Of a DNA stretch of 38,562 nt, positions 25,866 to 33,300 are shown in pieces (within the stretch, counting starts at the first letter, position 1; each line of letters begins with the position of its first letter). A model generated the notes under the pieces. It did no database searches. It saw only the letters and a list, made by a program, of their open reading frames with translations, and was not told where the DNA came from. A program made the position numbers and the translations under genes. Source of the DNA: Bacteroidota bacterium (GTDB lineage Bacteria; Bacteroidota; Bacteroidia; AKYH767-A; 2013-40CM-41-45); NCBI GenBank assembly GCA_043721935.1, contig JAYSPU010000286.1, forward strand, positions 1 to 38,562, given 5' to 3'.

Positions 25866-28127
25866 ATGAAAAAACTGCTACCCATTTTCATTATCGTTTT
25901 TCTTTATAGTCAATCAAGTGTCTTTGCATCGTGGGTTCAGTTGAATGATCAAAAAGATGGAATTCAATTCCGGCAACAGGGAGAAAACGTTAGCCTGTTA
26001 ACAGTTACTGTTTCCGGTTTTAATAAAGAACAAATTACTACTTCGTCAGCGACGGGTTATAAAATCAACTGCATAAATGGTAGTTCGTTTTTAATTCAAG
26101 GTTCACCGGATGTTCCAAAACTGACATCAGCTCTTATCATTCCTGACAAAGATGAAGTGCAGGTGGAAGTTTTAAATAGCACGTATGTTGAACTTTCAAT
26201 CGACTTGCTTCCTTCTAAAGGAAATTTGAAACGGAATATTAATCCTGCAGATGTTCCATTTACTTTTAATGAATCGTATACAAAGAATGAATTTTATCCC
26301 GGTCAACTTGCAAGTCTTCGAACACCTTACATCCTGCGTGATTTCAGAGGACAAACAGTTGTCATTTCTCCTTTTCAATACAATCCGGTAACAAAAATTT
26401 TACGCGTTTATACTTCTATGCAATTGCGTGTTAGTCCGACAGGCAGAACAAGCACACAAAATAACATTCAACGAATTTCTCCGCTTACTCAAATCGATCC
26501 GACATTCGCAGGAATTTATCAGAGACATTTTATCAACTATCGCACTTCTTTTTACACAGCATTGAATGAGCATGGAAAAATGCTGGTCATTTCAGACGAT
26601 GCATTGATGACAACCATGCAACCATTTGTAGACTGGAAAAACAGAATGGGGCAACCGACTCAGATGGTAGCGCTTTCTGCGATAGGAAACACCTCTACAT
26701 CGATCAAGTCATTTATCAGTAACCTTTATACTACGAGCGGACTAACTTATGTTTTACTCGTTGGTGATGATCAATTGACAACTTATTCATCTTCTTACGG
26801 TGATAGCGATCCGTCTTACGGATACATTTCAGGCAATGACACCTATGCAGAAGTAATTGTCGGCCGCTTTTCAGCTAATGACGAAACTGAACTGGGAACA
26901 CAAGTTGAGCGAACATTGACCTATGAAATGAATCCTGATCCAGTTGGCAGTTGGTATCATAAAGGCGTTTGCATTGGCAGTGAACAAGGTCCGGGTGATG
27001 ACAATGAAATGGATTTTGAACACGAACGAAATATCCGAACAGATTTGATTAATTATTTTTATACCGATGTAGATGAATTATACGACGGTAATCAGAACGG
27101 AATGGATCGGATCGGTGATCCAATTGCATCTGATTTAGTAAATGCACTTAATGCCGGACGAAGTGTCATCAACTATACCGGACACGGAAGTGCAACTACT
27201 ATTGGCACAACCGATTTTTCGACAACCGATGTTCAGGATTTAACAAATGAAAATCAATTACCATTTATGTGGTCGGTTGCCTGTAAAAATGGATTGTTTG
27301 TTCAGGAAACATGTCTGGCCGAAGTACTCATGCGTTCAACCTCGAATGACAGACCAACAGGAACTATTGCAAATCTGATGTCAACTATTCTTCAAAGTTG
27401 GGATCCACCAATGGATGGACAGGATGAAATGGTGGATTTGTTAGTAGAATCATATCCCGGAAATTTGAAACATACCTTCGGTGGAATTTCAGTAAACGGT
27501 TGTATGCACATGAACGATGTTTATGGCATAGACGGTGATGAAATCACGGCAACTTGGACTGCTTTTGGTGATCCATCGCTGACAGTGCGAACAAATACAC
27601 CACATGCATTAACTGTAACAGCAAATGGAACTATCGATCCAGCCGCTACACAATTCATCGTACAGTGTTCAGGCGATCAGGCACTGGCTTGTTTGAGTCA
27701 TCACAATCAAATGATAGGTGCTGCATGGACATTAGCAGGAAGTGCGTTTTTATCGGTGAATGGTTTATCAGTTGGTGATACACTTGATCTGACAATTACT
27801 GCTTACAATGCCATTCCTTATTTCAGTCAGGTAATTGTTACTCCGCTTTCGACAGGAATTTCAAACGTAAATATTATAGACCATTTTCAATTGTATCCAA
27901 ATCCTGCTACATCAACAGCTACATTGACATTCAATCATAAAGTAAAAGGAAACATCAGCATAAACATTTTTACAATGACCGGTGAAAAGCTTATGACTTA
28001 CTCTGAAGTTTTAAATTCGCAAAACAGTATTACACTAAAAGATCTTTCCCGTTTTTCAACCGGACTTTACATTTGTGAAGTAAGCGGGGAGGGATTTGTG
28101 GAATATGCGAAGTTGCTTTTGAAGTAG
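25866..28127 (+). CDS. Peptidase family C25 (gingipain-like cysteine protease) with a T9SS C-terminal sorting domain
   Basis: 753 aa. Signal peptide. YVLLVGDD block. Candidate catalytic His in NYTGHGS and Cys in WSVACKNG. C-terminal FQLYPNPATSTATLTF...GLYICEV...AKLLLK, a type-A CTD. Confidence 0.85.
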   Translation: MKKLLPIFIIVFLYSQSSVFASWVQLNDQKDGIQFRQQGENVSLLTVTVSGFNKEQITTSSATGYKINCINGSSFLIQGSPDVPKLTSALIIPDKDEVQVEVLNSTYVELSIDLLPSKGNLKRNINPADVPFTFNESYTKNEFYPGQLASLRTPYILRDFRGQTVVISPFQYNPVTKILRVYTSMQLRVSPTGRTSTQNNIQRISPLTQIDPTFAGIYQRHFINYRTSFYTALNEHGKMLVISDDALMTTMQPFVDWKNRMGQPTQMVALSAIGNTSTSIKSFISNLYTTSGLTYVLLVGDDQLTTYSSSYGDSDPSYGYISGNDTYAEVIVGRFSANDETELGTQVERTLTYEMNPDPVGSWYHKGVCIGSEQGPGDDNEMDFEHERNIRTDLINYFYTDVDELYDGNQNGMDRIGDPIASDLVNALNAGRSVINYTGHGSATTIGTTDFSTTDVQDLTNENQLPFMWSVACKNGLFVQETCLAEVLMRSTSNDRPTGTIANLMSTILQSWDPPMDGQDEMVDLLVESYPGNLKHTFGGISVNGCMHMNDVYGIDGDEITATWTAFGDPSLTVRTNTPHALTVTANGTIDPAATQFIVQCSGDQALACLSHHNQMIGAAWTLAGSAFLSVNGLSVGDTLDLTITAYNAIPYFSQVIVTPLSTGISNVNIIDHFQLYPNPATSTATLTFNHKVKGNISINIFTMTGEKLMTYSEVLNSQNSITLKDLSRFSTGLYICEVSGEGFVEYAKLLLK

Positions 28128-28387
28128 TTGTCAGATTTTTAGTTGGGCAGTTGTCAGTTGGTTAGTTGTCAGTTGATGGTTAATAACTGCCTACAAAAGG
28201 TTATTCATGGAGACTAAATATGTGATTTTACTAATAATTTACAACCTTATGAATAGCAATACACTGTGAAGAATAATATTTAAATTATTTTTATTTCAAA
28301 CTAATCGTTTACTTTTATCATTCTTATAACTTGTCAACTGACGACAAGCAAACTGCCAACTGACCCGCTGAAGAACTGACAACTAAC
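28126..28387. repeat. AGTTG word array (left) and CAACT word array (right) in inverted orientation around an AT-rich core
   Basis: AGTTG occurs at 28126, 28141, 28149, 28156, 28164 and 28171, with spacing mostly 7-8. CAACT-type words occur at 28335, 28357 and 28380. There is a perfect 14-bp inverted repeat: GTTAGTTGTCAGTT (28161-28174) with AACTGACAACTAAC (28374-28387). The right arm ends 1 nt before the methyltransferase ATG. Confidence 0.8.
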
Positions 28388-28388
28388 T

Positions 28389-29243
28389 ATGAGCAACCTA
28401 AAATCCGTCTACAAATTTTTTTCTAATAAATATCAAAATGTTTTTTTGGAGTATAAAGTAAATCCAAAACCGAGATACGGTAACAATGCCCCCCCCCATA
28501 CTTTATTATATGACATTATCAATAAAAACAGAAAAGATTATTGTTCTTTTTTAGAAAAAGTTGTAGAGTACAAAGAGATTTTTCAGAGTATAAAAATGCG
28601 TTCAACAGAAAGTAATCCTGTTGAGCCTGTTTGGAATAATGATTATTTACCCGGGCTGGATATTGTTACTCTGTATGCGATGATGAGTCGTTTTAATCCT
28701 GCACAATACGTAGAAATCGGATCCGGTAATTCAACCATTGTTGCTCGTAAATCAATCAGAGAAAATAAGCTGAAAACAAAAATCACCTCTATCGATCCAT
28801 TTCCACGTGCTTCAATTGATCAGTTAGCAGATACTGTTATCCGACAGCCATTAGAGGAAGTAAAAGACCTTTCTTTTTTGAGTCAGCTCGAAGAAAATGA
28901 TATTTTATTTATCGATAATTCTCACCGGTCATTTCCTAATTCAGATGTTACCGTTTGTTTTATGGACATAATTCCAAAACTAAATAAAGGAGTAATTGTG
29001 CAAATACATGATATTTATTTGCCGTATGATTATCCTCAGTTTATGTGCGATCGTTTTTATTCAGAGCAATATTTGTTAGGTGTTTTATTAATGGCGGCAC
29101 CGGATAAGTATCAAATTTTGTCTCCTAATATGTTCATCAGCGAAGATAAAGAATTGGCCGCTGTCCTAAATCCGATTTGGCAACATCCTGGTTTAGTCAG
29201 TGTAGAGAAACACGGAGGGTCTTTTTGGTTCCAGGTAAAATAA
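28389..29243 (+). CDS. Class I SAM-dependent methyltransferase (Methyltransf_24-like), substrate unknown
   Basis: 284 aa. Motif I VEIGSGNST followed by an acidic SIDPFP. No signal peptide. A C9 homopolymer at 28489-28497 lies within codons 34-37. Confidence 0.65.
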   Translation: MSNLKSVYKFFSNKYQNVFLEYKVNPKPRYGNNAPPHTLLYDIINKNRKDYCSFLEKVVEYKEIFQSIKMRSTESNPVEPVWNNDYLPGLDIVTLYAMMSRFNPAQYVEIGSGNSTIVARKSIRENKLKTKITSIDPFPRASIDQLADTVIRQPLEEVKDLSFLSQLEENDILFIDNSHRSFPNSDVTVCFMDIIPKLNKGVIVQIHDIYLPYDYPQFMCDRFYSEQYLLGVLLMAAPDKYQILSPNMFISEDKELAAVLNPIWQHPGLVSVEKHGGSFWFQVK

Positions 29244-29250
29244 CAACCTA

Positions 29251-29281
29251 CAACTGACATCTAAACAACTTCCAGCCAACT
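29251..29281. repeat. CAACT word array (3 words) between the methyltransferase stop and the palindromic element
   Basis: CAACT at 29251, 29266 and 29277. Confidence 0.6.
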
Positions 29282-29291
29282 GGCAAATGCG

Positions 29292-29467
29292 CCGCTGGGC
29301 GGAATTTTAAGCGGAAATTAATAAACTGTTTCTTATTAACGGAATCATTCAAGCGTCATTCCGCCCTACTACGTTTTAACGTTTTTGATAACGGGCGGAA
29401 TGACGCTTGACGATGTTCCTAATTTGTACCGGGGTGAGTAATTTCCGCTTAACATTCCGCCCAGCGG
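29292..29467. mobile_element. 176-bp nested palindromic element (MITE-like, or a structured RNA or terminator)
   Basis: 29-bp terminal inverted repeats CCGCTGGGCGGAATTTTAAGCGGAAATTA (29292-29320) and TAATTTCCGCTTAACATTCCGCCCAGCGG (29439-29467), with 1 mismatch. Perfect inner 18-bp inverted repeat TCAAGCGTCATTCCGCCC (29349-29366) with GGGCGGAATGACGCTTGA (29393-29410). No ORF. No clear target-site duplication. Confidence 0.5.
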
Positions 29468-29474
29468 GAGCGGG

Positions 29475-29521
29475 CAACTGCCAACCAACTGGCCAACTGG
29501 CCAACTGCCAACTGACCAACT
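29475..29521. repeat. CAACT word array (6 words, spacing 7-11 bp) overlapping the stop codon of the - strand beta-barrel gene
   Basis: gcaactg ccaaccaactgg ccaactgg ccaactg ccaactga ccaact. CAACT at 29475, 29486, 29494, 29502, 29509 and 29517. Confidence 0.8.
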
Positions 29522-30221
29522 ACCTCACCGGCTTCTTCGCTTCCTCATGAAAATAGTACCGCAGATCAATCGTCAGATAACTTCCTGAAAGTCGTTCGGC
29601 GAGGATGAAATCTTTGCCTCTGTATTTGTAATTTACCTGAGATGTAAAAATATATTGGAACGGGCGTTGAAAAGATGCACCAAGATAGATGTAGCCACTT
29701 TTTTCTGTTCTGAATTCCCATCCAAGATTAGCTGTAACTGCAGGTATGATGATATGATTCCGTAGGGCGACATGAGTAAAGTAATAATCGTAGGTAGCCA
29801 GATTGCTTGGATACATATTGACACTTGGTCCGAGTGATCCGTTCATGTAAATGTTTTCAAACATACGGGCATATACCATGAATGTCACCGGGATTTCATA
29901 GCTGATCACCCGATAGGATGATGAGCCGTTGAAATTTCCATCTGAAATTTCCAAATCATATTTCCGGCGAACATAATTGATCCCGGTTTCAATAGAAATA
30001 AGATCGCTGATTCCTTTGCGGATGATGAGTCCGGCGCTGTAGCCACTGTTTAGTCCGTTTACAATGGTGACATTTTGATAAGTAGAGGTGATATTGCCAC
30101 TTCCTAAAAATGAAACAGGAAAAATCGGTTTATACTGTATGCCGACAGTTGTCACATTTTTTTGAGCAAAGCTCTTGAGAGAGATCAGCAGGAAAAGAAA
30201 ACAACACAACCGTTTCAACAT
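29520..30221 (-). CDS. Outer-membrane beta-barrel protein (PorT/OMP_b-brl-like), function unknown
   Basis: 233 aa. Signal peptide LLISLKSFAQ. Alternating hydrophobic/aromatic beta-strand pattern throughout. Lies 3 nt downstream of the hydrolase gene. Confidence 0.55.
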   Translation of the reverse strand: MLKRLCCFLFLLISLKSFAQKNVTTVGIQYKPIFPVSFLGSGNITSTYQNVTIVNGLNSGYSAGLIIRKGISDLISIETGINYVRRKYDLEISDGNFNGSSSYRVISYEIPVTFMVYARMFENIYMNGSLGPSVNMYPSNLATYDYYFTHVALRNHIIIPAVTANLGWEFRTEKSGYIYLGASFQRPFQYIFTSQVNYKYRGKDFILAERLSGSYLTIDLRYYFHEEAKKPVR

Positions 30222-30224
30222 GGA

Positions 30225-30962
30225 TTAATCGAGATTTTTTACTTTGTTCAAAAAGCTGATCAGTGCAATCCAATATTCCTGATTGAATGGAGCTGTACCC
30301 CATAATACTTTTGATCCGTGATCACCTTCTGATTGAGGAATGTACTGAACTTTTATTCGCGAATTGACATCTTTCAGTAATTCAGTCACATCATTCGCTT
30401 CTTTTTTTGAACTGGTAATGAAAAGTGGTTTCTGAAGTTTGCTGATATGTGAACGAACATAGGATTTATCTTCAAAGTATTCACCCGGACTAAATACTGC
30501 AAGTGCTGCGATCTTATTATTTTCAGCTGCAATAGTTAAAGCAAGGGAAGCAGAGTAGGAAGAGCCAATTACAATGACGTTTCTCTTGTATTTTTCATAG
30601 AGATAGTCAATTGCAGCAACTATGTCTTGTTCTGCATCCATAAAAGTCGGTTTCAATTTTCTTTGTTTGGCAAGCGCAGCTGTTTCGTTTATCACACCAT
30701 TTGATTCATCACCAACACGTTGGTCAATAGCCATGCAGTTGAATCCAAGTTTGTTTAAACGCAAAGCAGTTTCTACATATTCTCCTCTGCTGAAACGATT
30801 TTGATGGCACAACAGAATGATTGGCAAATTTGTACTTACCGGATACCAATCTGCCGTAATCGTAAGTCCGTCTTTGGATGGAAAGGTCAACTTCAGCTGC
30901 GCAAAAGCAGTAGAGTGAGCAGAATAGATGAATAAAAACAGAAGAAATTTTTTCATAGCCAT
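30225..30962 (-). CDS. Secreted alpha/beta-fold hydrolase (dienelactone-hydrolase-like)
   Basis: 245 aa. Signal peptide (FIYSAHSTAFAQ). Nucleophile-elbow-like VIVIGSSYSAS. C-terminal GDHG, a candidate His of the catalytic triad. Confidence 0.6.
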   Translation of the reverse strand: MAMKKFLLFLFIYSAHSTAFAQLKLTFPSKDGLTITADWYPVSTNLPIILLCHQNRFSRGEYVETALRLNKLGFNCMAIDQRVGDESNGVINETAALAKQRKLKPTFMDAEQDIVAAIDYLYEKYKRNVIVIGSSYSASLALTIAAENNKIAALAVFSPGEYFEDKSYVRSHISKLQKPLFITSSKKEANDVTELLKDVNSRIKVQYIPQSEGDHGSKVLWGTAPFNQEYWIALISFLNKVKNLD

Positions 30963-31109
30963 AGTTTAATGGGTCGAATTTACAGAACAAAGTTGGTATT
31001 GTAAGTTATTCCGGCACATTGTTCAAATATTGAGAATGACCCTGCGTTCACTAACACAACAATGTTAAAAAGTACAGGCCTGAACACATCTGTCCTCGGG
31101 CGATTAACC

Positions 31110-31117
31110 TAATTTTG
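31110..31117 (+). promoter_or_regulatory. Candidate Bacteroidota -7 promoter box (TAnnTTTG) for the exbB operon
   Basis: TAATTTTG lies 21 nt upstream of the exbB ATG. Confidence 0.3.
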
Positions 31118-31138
31118 TAAGCTATCTAAATCGCACTC

Positions 31139-31828
31139 ATGCTAGGATTCATTCTTCAGATTACTCAAAATGCAATTGCCACACCGGATACAACGCAACC
31201 GGCTTTACAAACTATCTCCTTATGGGAAATGGCTGAAAAAGGCGGACCGATCTTAATTCCGATTGGGATTTTATCGATCATGGCATTCTACATTTTCTTT
31301 GAGCGCTATTTTACCATCAAGCGATTTTCAAAAATCGACATGAATTTCATGCATCAGATCCGCGATCATGTGCATTCAGGAAATATTGAAGCTGCAAAAG
31401 CATTGTGCAGAAATACCGTTTCGCCTGTTTCACGCATGGTTGAAAAAGGGATTAGTCGTTTAGGAAAGCCTGTGAAGGAAATCGAAAGCGCTATTGAGAA
31501 CGTAGGTAAGCTTGAAGTTTACAAGATGGAAAAGAACATGAACATTCTAAGTTCCATCTCCGGACTGGCTCCAATGTTTGGATTCCTCGGAACCATCTTT
31601 GGTGTAATCAAGATCTTCTATCAGATTGCACAGCAAAACAGTCTTGAAATTAATACCATCTCCGGTGGACTATATGTAAAGATGATTTCCAGTGCATCCG
31701 GATTATTAGTTGGTATGATTGCTTATGCAGGATACCATTACCTCACGCATCTAATCGACCGTGTAATCAATAAAATGGAGATAAATGCCGTTGAATTTAT
31801 TGATCTCCTGGAAGAGCCGGTTAAGTAA
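31139..31828 (+). CDS. exbB: MotA/TolQ/ExbB proton-channel family protein
   Basis: 229 aa. Three TM helices. Conserved region LSSISGLAPMFGFLGTIFG. Followed by exbD-like and tonB-like genes. Confidence 0.85.
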   Translation: MLGFILQITQNAIATPDTTQPALQTISLWEMAEKGGPILIPIGILSIMAFYIFFERYFTIKRFSKIDMNFMHQIRDHVHSGNIEAAKALCRNTVSPVSRMVEKGISRLGKPVKEIESAIENVGKLEVYKMEKNMNILSSISGLAPMFGFLGTIFGVIKIFYQIAQQNSLEINTISGGLYVKMISSASGLLVGMIAYAGYHYLTHLIDRVINKMEINAVEFIDLLEEPVK

Positions 31829-31894
31829 ATAATTCCCTATACCGGTCTATTGACTAATTGTCCGGAATAAACACTGTTAAGAACATCCATTCAA

Positions 31895-32296
31895 ATGAAT
31901 TTACGTCGTAAGCATCGTGCAGTACAGGAAGTTTATTCGGCTTCATTGAACGACATCATGTTCTTCTTATTACTTTTCTTTCTCATCACATCGACTCTGG
32001 CAACGCCCAATGTATTGAAGCTATTGTTGCCTAATGCAAAAAGCAGCAGTCAATCGATCAAGCATCCGCTTTCAATTTCAGTAACTGAAAATCTGGAATA
32101 TGCCGTTAACAATACTCCGGTAACAGTCGATGAATTGGAACCGATGTTAACTAAAATGATTGCCGGAACTCCTGATCCAACTGCATTATTGAAAGTGGAC
32201 AAAACAGTTCAGGTTCAAAATCTGGTTGACTTACTTGATATTGGCAACCGGTTAAAGATTAAAATGGTATTGGCAACTCAAACTTCCAAGAAATAA
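31895..32296 (+). CDS. exbD: ExbD/TolR biopolymer transport protein
   Basis: 133 aa. N-terminal block LNDIMFFLLLFFLI with one TM and a periplasmic C-terminal domain. Confidence 0.85.
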   Translation: MNLRRKHRAVQEVYSASLNDIMFFLLLFFLITSTLATPNVLKLLLPNAKSSSQSIKHPLSISVTENLEYAVNNTPVTVDELEPMLTKMIAGTPDPTALLKVDKTVQVQNLVDLLDIGNRLKIKMVLATQTSKK

Positions 32297-32297
32297 T

Positions 32298-33143
32298 ATG
32301 GATGCAACCATCCGTTCGCGGTCAATCGTTTTATCGGTTGTCATTCATGCGATCCTTTTCCTTCTGTTACTTTTTACCGTCATGACGACGCCTATTCCTC
32401 CATTCCCGGAAGTTGGCGGAGGTGGTGGAGTATTGGTTGATATTGGAACAGTCGATGAAGCATCGGGTACTATACAGCCGATGTCTGCAAAAACCAGCAT
32501 CGAACCCGTTTATGAGAAAACGAAAATAACTCCATCTCAGGAAGAACCGTATGCCACGCAAAACAATGAAGAAGCGCCTGTCATAAAAACGAATGTTGCA
32601 AATAAGAAAGTGATTAAAAAGACAGAGCCTGTTACCAATGTTACAAAACAGGAACCGATAAAGGTCGCTGATCCACGCTCCATTTATCAGGGGAAAACCA
32701 ATGACAGTCGTTCTCAGGGAACAGGTACGGGAACGGGAGATCAAGGCAAGAAAAATGGTGATCCGAATGCATTGTATTCAGGAAGTGGCGGCACAGGTGG
32801 AAGAGGAACAGGGACTGGAACAGGCGATGGAGATGGTGCCGGATCTGGAACAGGAAGTGGAAATGGCAATGGAATTTCTTTTTCGCTTTCGGGACGAAAC
32901 ATGGTTCGTGCGCCACAAGTAAACGATCGATCGCAAGAGACAGGAAAAGTAGTTGTAGATATTACGGTAGATAAAAACGGTGCTGTTATAGGTGCCATTC
33001 CGGGTGGAAGAGGATCGACTACAACATCTCAATATTTATATCGCCTTGCAAAAGAAGCTGCCATGCGTGCAAAGTTCAACGTTAGCGCGAATGAAGCCGA
33101 TATACAGAAAGGTACGATGACCTTTGTTTTCGTTGTTCAGTAG
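32298..33143 (+). CDS. tonB: TonB-like energy transducer with a Gly/Thr/Ser-rich linker
   Basis: 281 aa. N-terminal TM (VVIHAILFLLLLF). Linker containing GTGTGTGDQGKK...GTGGRGTGTGTGDGDGAGSGTGSGNGNG. C-terminal TonB-like domain (GKVVVDITVDKNGAV...GTMTFVFVVQ). Starts 1 nt after the exbD stop. Confidence 0.7.
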   Translation: MDATIRSRSIVLSVVIHAILFLLLLFTVMTTPIPPFPEVGGGGGVLVDIGTVDEASGTIQPMSAKTSIEPVYEKTKITPSQEEPYATQNNEEAPVIKTNVANKKVIKKTEPVTNVTKQEPIKVADPRSIYQGKTNDSRSQGTGTGTGDQGKKNGDPNALYSGSGGTGGRGTGTGTGDGDGAGSGTGSGNGNGISFSLSGRNMVRAPQVNDRSQETGKVVVDITVDKNGAVIGAIPGGRGSTTTSQYLYRLAKEAAMRAKFNVSANEADIQKGTMTFVFVVQ

Positions 33144-33300
33144 AACGAAAGGTTTTTTTGCTTTTTCTTTCTTCTGAAATAAGTCAGCTCGATTTATTAC
33201 TCTTTCATTCCCATTTGTAAAGGTTTTGTTGCTATTTTTCGTCATCCATTAGGAGCTTTCCGGCTATCTGTTGTGGAAGTGTTTTGTAATTTGTCCGAGC

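Noticed and set aside
28481-28500. NAPPH peptide as a DNA-methyltransferase motif IV ((D/N/S)PP(Y/F/W/H))
   Set aside because: An extra residue separates N from PP. No target-recognition domain or other DNA-methyltransferase motifs are visible, and there is no restriction partner. More likely this is a small-molecule, protein or glycan methyltransferase, and the Pro codons simply reflect the C tract.
28126-30962. Is the methyltransferase / palindrome / beta-barrel / hydrolase segment a genomic island or mobile element?
   Set aside because: There is no integrase, transposase or tRNA-adjacent att site, and no clear target-site duplication. Only the methyltransferase itself looks accessory. I report it as a repeat-flanked islet, not a mobile element.
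32367-33032. Cluster of 84-125-aa ORFs inside or antisense to the tonB-like gene
   Set aside because: They are generated by the reiterated GGAACAGG-type DNA that encodes the Gly/Thr linker. The tonB-like frame has a proper TM segment and a C-terminal domain.
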